Source: Centroscyllium fabricii (taxonomy: Eukaryota). Taken from it: a stretch of DNA of 64,000 nucleotides. Below the pieces are notes generated by a model. The model ran no database searches and was not told the origin of the DNA. It worked only from the letters and a program-made list of their open reading frames with translations. This document shows, one piece after another, positions 58,942 to 64,000 of this stretch; the first letter of the stretch is position 1, and every line of letters begins with the position of its first letter. The DNA is taken from the NCBI GenBank assembly GCA_051313645.2, contig JBNRSN020000002.1:319858001-319922000 (forward strand), given 5' to 3'. Made by a program: the position numbers and the translations under genes.

Positions 58942-61365
58942 AGGGTTGATTTTCCCGGGCGGATGCTGTTTCGGGTGGGGGAATGGTTGGGGCCGCAGGG
59001 AACACATTGAGTGCTAAGCACCAGAAACGTTCTGTGCCCCAGGAAGCACTGAAACAGGTGGATTTTAATGTATTTGTGACTAAAGTCTGTGCTGGAATGT
59101 ATGGCCTCGCTACTGACAGGGGTGGCTTGCATAGGTGGGAGGCGGCAGACGGAATGTTGGGCGGGAGGTGGCAGGTGGAATTTTGGGCGGGAAACCTGAA
59201 ATTTCCCCAGAGGCTGTGGAGTTTTAACTTTTCTCCTTGACAAATTCCCTGCCTGGAAGTCAGCATGATTGACAGCTTTGTCTTCCAGTCGGGCAGGGGG
59301 GACTTTGGAGCAGGCCACAGGAACAGGTAATTCAATTCAATTCAATTCAAGTTTTATTGTCATTGCAGAGTACTAGTACAATACAACGAGACGAAGACTC
59401 GACTCTCCCGAGAGTAGTGCAAATAAAATAAATAAATTACATGCAAATTGCATACAGTAAAGTACATTATCAGGCATGCAGGTACCGGAGTTTCTTTTTA
59501 GAGTTCAGGAGGCTGACAGCCCTGGGGAAGAAGCTGTTCTGAAATCTAGTCGTGCGGGTGCAAATTGCTCTGTAGCGTCTCCCGGAGGGCAGGGGGGCGA
59601 ACAGACTGTGGCTGGGGTGTGTGGGGTCTTTAATAATGTTCATAGACCTCCGTAAGCAGCGTTTGAGGTAGATGCTTTCCATTGACGGTAGTTGTGTACC
59701 GGTAATTCGTTGGGCAGTTTTGACTACCCGCTGCAGGGTTTTCCGGTCCGAGATAGTGCAATTACCATACCAGACTGTGATGCAGCTTGTCAGTATGCTT
59801 TCTATTGTGCAGCGGTAGAAGTTGGAGAAGATGCCGGATGACAGCCTGGCTTTCTTCAGCTTCCTTAGGAAGTACAGGCGCTGTTGGGCCTTCTTAACCA
59901 GAGAGGAGGTGTTTAGTGACCAGGAGAGATCTTCCGAGATGTGGACCCCGAGGAACTTGAAGCTGGACACCCTTTCCACCTCAGCCCCTTGGATGAAGAT
60001 GGGGGTGTGTCTTCTGCCTCCAGTCCTCCGGAAGTCCACTATGATCTCCTTGGTTTTCTTGGTGTTCAGTGCCAGGTTGTTGTCGGCACACCAACCCACA
60101 AGGCGCTGGATCTCATCCCTGTAGGCTGACTCGTCGTTGTTGGTGATCTGGCCAACCACCGTGGTGTCATCTGCGAACTTGATGATCGTGTTGGAGCCAT
60201 GGACAGCCGCACAGTCGTGAGTGAAGAGGGAGTAGAGGAGGGGGCTGAGCACACAACCTTGTGGGGCCCCCGTGTTCAGGGTAAGGCGGGGGGAGGTGAG
60301 GTTGCCTAACTTCACAGACTGTGGTCTGTTGGTTAGGAAGTCCAGGGTCCAGGGTCCAGTTGCAGAGGGAGGTGTTCAGGCCGAGGGTGAGGAGTTTGGT
60401 AGACAATTTGCTGGGGACGATGGTGTTGAATGCTGAGCTGTAGTCAATAAACAGCATTCTGATATATGTATCTTTGCTATCCAGGTGGTTTAGTGCAGAG
60501 TGAAGAGCCGTAGTGATAGCATCCTCTGTAGATCTGTTCCCACGGTAGGCGAACTGGTATTGGTAAGGAGCCTGCAGCTGTTACTGGAATCCCGGGGGCG
60601 AGGGATCCGATCGCAGGGGGGTCTGTTACCGGGGGGGTGTCCAATCCCCGACCCAGTGGGTGTTTGTATGGTGGCATGTCTGATGGGGGGAGCCTGGGGG
60701 GCCAGGGTGGGGTAGGCACTCCTGCTCCTCCTGGCCCACAAGCAGCGATGTGAAGGCACTTACCTTCTCCCCGAAGCTGTCCTTGTTTCCCTTCAGCAGC
60801 CGATAGCTGCAAAGCAGGTTAAATCAGAGGCTGCCAAACCCATTAGAATATTTAAATTGCCAACCCGCCTCCTGGGAGCAGGTTGTTTTCCCTCCCTTTG
60901 TCCCACCTCTGTTAAATCCGGAAGCAGATGAGTTGGAGGCGGGTTGGGGTCAGGTTCGAGATTTTTAAAATTATAGGCGGGAATTTTCTCAAAGGGAGGC
61001 GGATGGGACCTGGGGGTCCTCCGAGGTGGGTGGGAAACCCGGGAGGCCTGGTTTTCCACCGGCCCTGCTGACTTTAACGGCAGGGCCTGATTTGAATGAG
61101 AGGTCTCAGATTCCTGCCTGGAGTCAGCCAGATTGAGAGGCTGGCTGGCTGGCTGCAGGCAGGTAGGCCTCAGAAGCGAGGGGGCCGGCGGGGGAGGCAA
61201 AACCAGAAGTGAGTGGGTTGGAGGCGGGATTATGTCGGGAATTCCATTTTTAATACTTTAACTGGCCCCACCTTCCAAATCCACCTGTTCTTTTAGGGTA
61301 AGATTCAGGCCATAATGTCTGACCTGACCCTAACCCACCCGTTTTTGGGAGTTAAAATTCACCCC
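58942..61365. mobile_element. Degenerate Harbinger-type MITE containing the Rex1 insertion and a nested smaller MITE (~60976-61311, TSD ATA)
   Basis: AGGGTTGATTTT ... AAAATTCACCCC ends with possible TAT TSD; GGAGGCGGG-rich interior. Confidence 0.5.
59329..60561 (-). mobile_element. Rex1/Babar LINE, 5'-truncated
   Basis: [67 protein letters not shown]; (GAATT)n tail; 7-bp duplication frameshift at ~60341-60359; GGTAA at both junctions. Confidence 0.93.
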
Positions 61366-62178
61366 TATGCTTTTCACGTTGAATTCCTTGATAATGTTTC
61401 TTCTTATGCGCCTTTGGCAGGATACATTGACAGTAGTATGGTGAGGAAGGTAAGTGTCTCCACAGTTAAGTGAGGTGAGCACAGAAGTGCTGCTGTAAGC
61501 TGTGGACAGGCAGAGGGAGGTGCTGCATTAGGAAAATAGCATCAAAACAACTGGATAAAATATGTGGCAGCACATAGCTGATGAAAATCTCCAGCTGTAC
61601 TCTCCAATGCACATGGATACAGTGTTGGAAGGAGTACACTGACCTCGTCAGAAGGGGCAAGGTGGCTGGCTATGCGCTGCATCTAGGAAATGGTGATTAT
61701 TATTTGCATCTCAGCACATTCTGTGCCCCACGAATCCTAAAAGCCTCCTGTCTACACTCTTCTAAATCTTCTTTCACCATCATTCGTTCTCACAGCACAA
61801 GCACGTCCACTGTTCCAAAGCCTGAATGCCTCCTCATCTGCATGAGACACATCTCTCTCTTATCAGAGATAGGCCTCTTAAATGTCATTTGTCTGTTTTA
61901 ACCCTCATCCCCATTTTGTTTCTGTAATGTGTTCAACTCACAGACAGACACAGGATGTATGGGTTCAGCCATTAATTGAGGCCAGCTGTTTATTTATACT
62001 TTCACTTTCGGTTTACCCTACATTGCCCCCTACTGGGCGGAGGGTAACTATCACCACATCTCCCTTTCTAAACAGACTTTGAATACTATTCCTTTACTGT
62101 TAACATTTCAAAAAACCTTCTTTCAAATCATTACTTTTTTACTGTGCTTAAGAAATAACAAACTCTAGCAAACATAAC

Positions 62179-62867
62179 AGCCCAGAAATTAGGATTGGAG
62201 GCTTGCCACGAGTGCAAGCCTCCAAAGTGCACTTACGGAGCGCACAGGCCTTTTTGACTTTTACTTACCTGAAATCCCAATCCTCTGGCCTGCTGAGAGG
62301 CCGGCGCGACACGCTTGGGCAAATGAAAGGCGCAGATAGTGGGAAGCTTCCCGCGGAATCACGTGGTCCGCGGGGAGCCAATCGGAGCAAAGAATGCTCC
62401 ATTCGTAAGTTTGACAGAAAGATCTGTCAAACTGATGAAAAGCTAGACCCCCAAAAACACACTAAACCTTAAAATATTTTTTTTTTAAACATCACATTTT
62501 TTTAAATTACTATCACTAACATAAATTAACTATTTTAAACAAAAAATAAAAATTTTGAAAAAAATAATTGAAGTGTTTAACTGGTCTAAAAACAACTTAC
62601 CTTTGTTTAAATTATTTAAAAATGAAAAACCTAAGGAAAAAAATGTTTACATTGAATAAAATAAAGACTTACCTGATGAAATGGGGTCGTTACGGCTGAT
62701 AGTTTCATCCGTAACTTTCCTGATACTTACCCTGATAAAAAACTCAGGAAAAAAATCGGGATTTCAGTCTGCACCTCCTACTGCGCAGGCCAACGTGCTC
62801 CGGCTCCTGACCCCTTCTGACAGGGGGTCCACGCGTTGGACCCAGGGGCCATCGGAATTTCTGGGTC
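62179..62867. mobile_element. Harbinger-type MITE
   Basis: TIRs AGCCCAGAAATT / AATTTCTGGGTC with 3-bp TSD AAC. Confidence 0.7.
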
Positions 62868-62894
62868 AACATCTCTAATGCACAATGTATCTCT

Positions 62895-64000
62895 TGTGGC
62901 GGCACGCCCACTGAGACATCGAATCCGCCACGGGGACTCCGCGGAGCAAAGCACCGCTCATCCGGGTGACGCGACGACGTCATCACGTCAGCTGACGCGA
63001 TGACGTCACCAACCGCGGGACTGTTTAAATACGATTGCTGCGAGTGGTTCACTCTCTTTCTTGTTTTGACTTAGTGTAATAAAGCTGTGTTTTCTCTAGC
63101 TCTGGCTCATGTGTGGTTCCTAGGCCTGCCGGCGCTACAGTGGTGACCCCGAACTGGAACGACTTCCAGTGAAGAAAAAGCTGCCGCAGGATCTGGGACC
63201 ACCAGCCAAAGACTTTTTTAAGAAAGCATGGTAAACCCAAGAAACCAAGCTCCACGAATGCAGGGAGCTGGACAGAACGCCGGACGTGGACTAACTCTAC
63301 CCGAGTTCTGGGAGCAACGGCCAGCGGCCTGGTTCATGTGCATTGAGACCAGCTGCCGCACACATGGCATTCAAGGGGACGACCGCTACGACCTGGTGTT
63401 CTCAGCCCTACCACAGACGACGATTGATCGGATGTGGTCAAAAATACAGCGCGTGCCCGTCGCAGGCAGGTATGAAACTCTTAAGGCCGCGCTTATCAAA
63501 AAATTTACCCCCTCCCAATTTGAGCGCGACTGCCAGCTCCTCGACCTCCCCGAGCTCGGGGACGCAGACCCATCGGACCTCTTAGGTCAGATGCAAGCGC
63601 TCACACCCAACCCGGCCTCCCTCTTCCGCACCGTCTTCCTCCTTAAACTGCCCCGCGCCATCAGACCGGCCTTGGCGGCCCTTGGCCATCGGAGCGATGA
63701 CGAGCTCGGAGAGGAAGCCGACAGGATCATGGAGGCCCAGCGCACCCGCTCAACCACATGCGACCCTAACTCCGCATCGGTAGAGCGCAGCCAATCACCC
63801 CCCAGGCATAACTTTATGCCTGAACCTAGGGCCCCATGCACACCTAGACAACCACGTCCCTCTAGCACTGGCTGGTGCTACTACCACACGCGGTTCGACC
63901 ACAAAGCGCACCGCTGCGTCCAGCCATGCGCGTTTAAGCCACGGCCCAACCCAGCCCCCACCATGTCTGTAGGCCACACAGGAGCACTGCTCTTCACCAC
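62895..64000 (+). mobile_element. 5' end of a CsRn1-clade Ty3/Gypsy element (245-bp LTR 62895-63139, tRNA-Trp PBS 63141-63152)
   Basis: TGTGGCG..CGCTACA LTR with AATAAA; PBS TGGTGACCCCGA is complementary to the tRNA-Trp 3' end; CHCC gag follows. Confidence 0.9.
63228..64000 (+). CDS. Gag with CHCC knuckle, open to the window edge (not in the ORF track)
   Basis: Hand translation: LPEFWEQRPAAWF..RYETLKAALI..ELGDADPSDLL..FLLKLP..ADRIM..WCYYHTRFDHKAHRCVQPC (C-x2-H-x9-C-x3-C); no stop codon. Confidence 0.9.
   Translation, partial: MVNPRNQAPRMQGAGQNAGRGLTLPEFWEQRPAAWFMCIETSCRTHGIQGDDRYDLVFSALPQTTIDRMWSKIQRVPVAGRYETLKAALIKKFTPSQFERDCQLLDLPELGDADPSDLLGQMQALTPNPASLFRTVFLLKLPRAIRPALAALGHRSDDELGEEADRIMEAQRTRSTTCDPNSASVERSQSPPRHNFMPEPRAPCTPRQPRPSSTGWCYYHTRFDHKAHRCVQPCAFKPRPNPAPTMSVGHTGALLFT

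Overview
Vertebrate genomic DNA, almost certainly a cartilaginous fish (HE1-type V-SINEs, shark-type CR1 LINEs, Deu-domain SINE relic). The window lies inside ALPK1 (alpha-protein kinase 1, the ADP-heptose sensor) on the minus strand. Five consecutive coding exons were located by hand, all with GT-AG boundaries and compatible phases: 58706-58792, 56150-56226, 44322-44417, 22432-22536 and 17138-19373. The 5'-most exons and the kinase-domain exons were not found and probably lie outside the window. The introns are a deeply nested transposon graveyard. They hold two full-length CR1 LINEs with an esterase ORF1, many CR1/L2/Rex1/Penelope fragments, two Tf1/sushi-type chromodomain Gypsy elements, solo LTRs, the start of a CsRn1-type Gypsy, PIF/Harbinger relics and MITEs, Tigger-like MITEs and SINEs. 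The most interesting observations are: (1) a 210-nt-period triplication in the ALPK1 linker whose motif (SFE(I/M)VD.DAETADD) resembles both the TIFA Thr9 phosphosite and a LIR motif; (2) the same in-frame TGA in ORF1 of two independent CR1 insertions; (3) a 128-nt pseudoknot-like RNA cassette in a CR1 3'UTR; (4) GC-rich VNTR retroposons with Rex1-like tails; (5) a 30-bp TG..CA mini-insertion with a target-site duplication (TSD); (6) MITEs sitting between ALPK1 branch points and splice acceptors. All homology calls are from motif recognition and memory; no searches were run.
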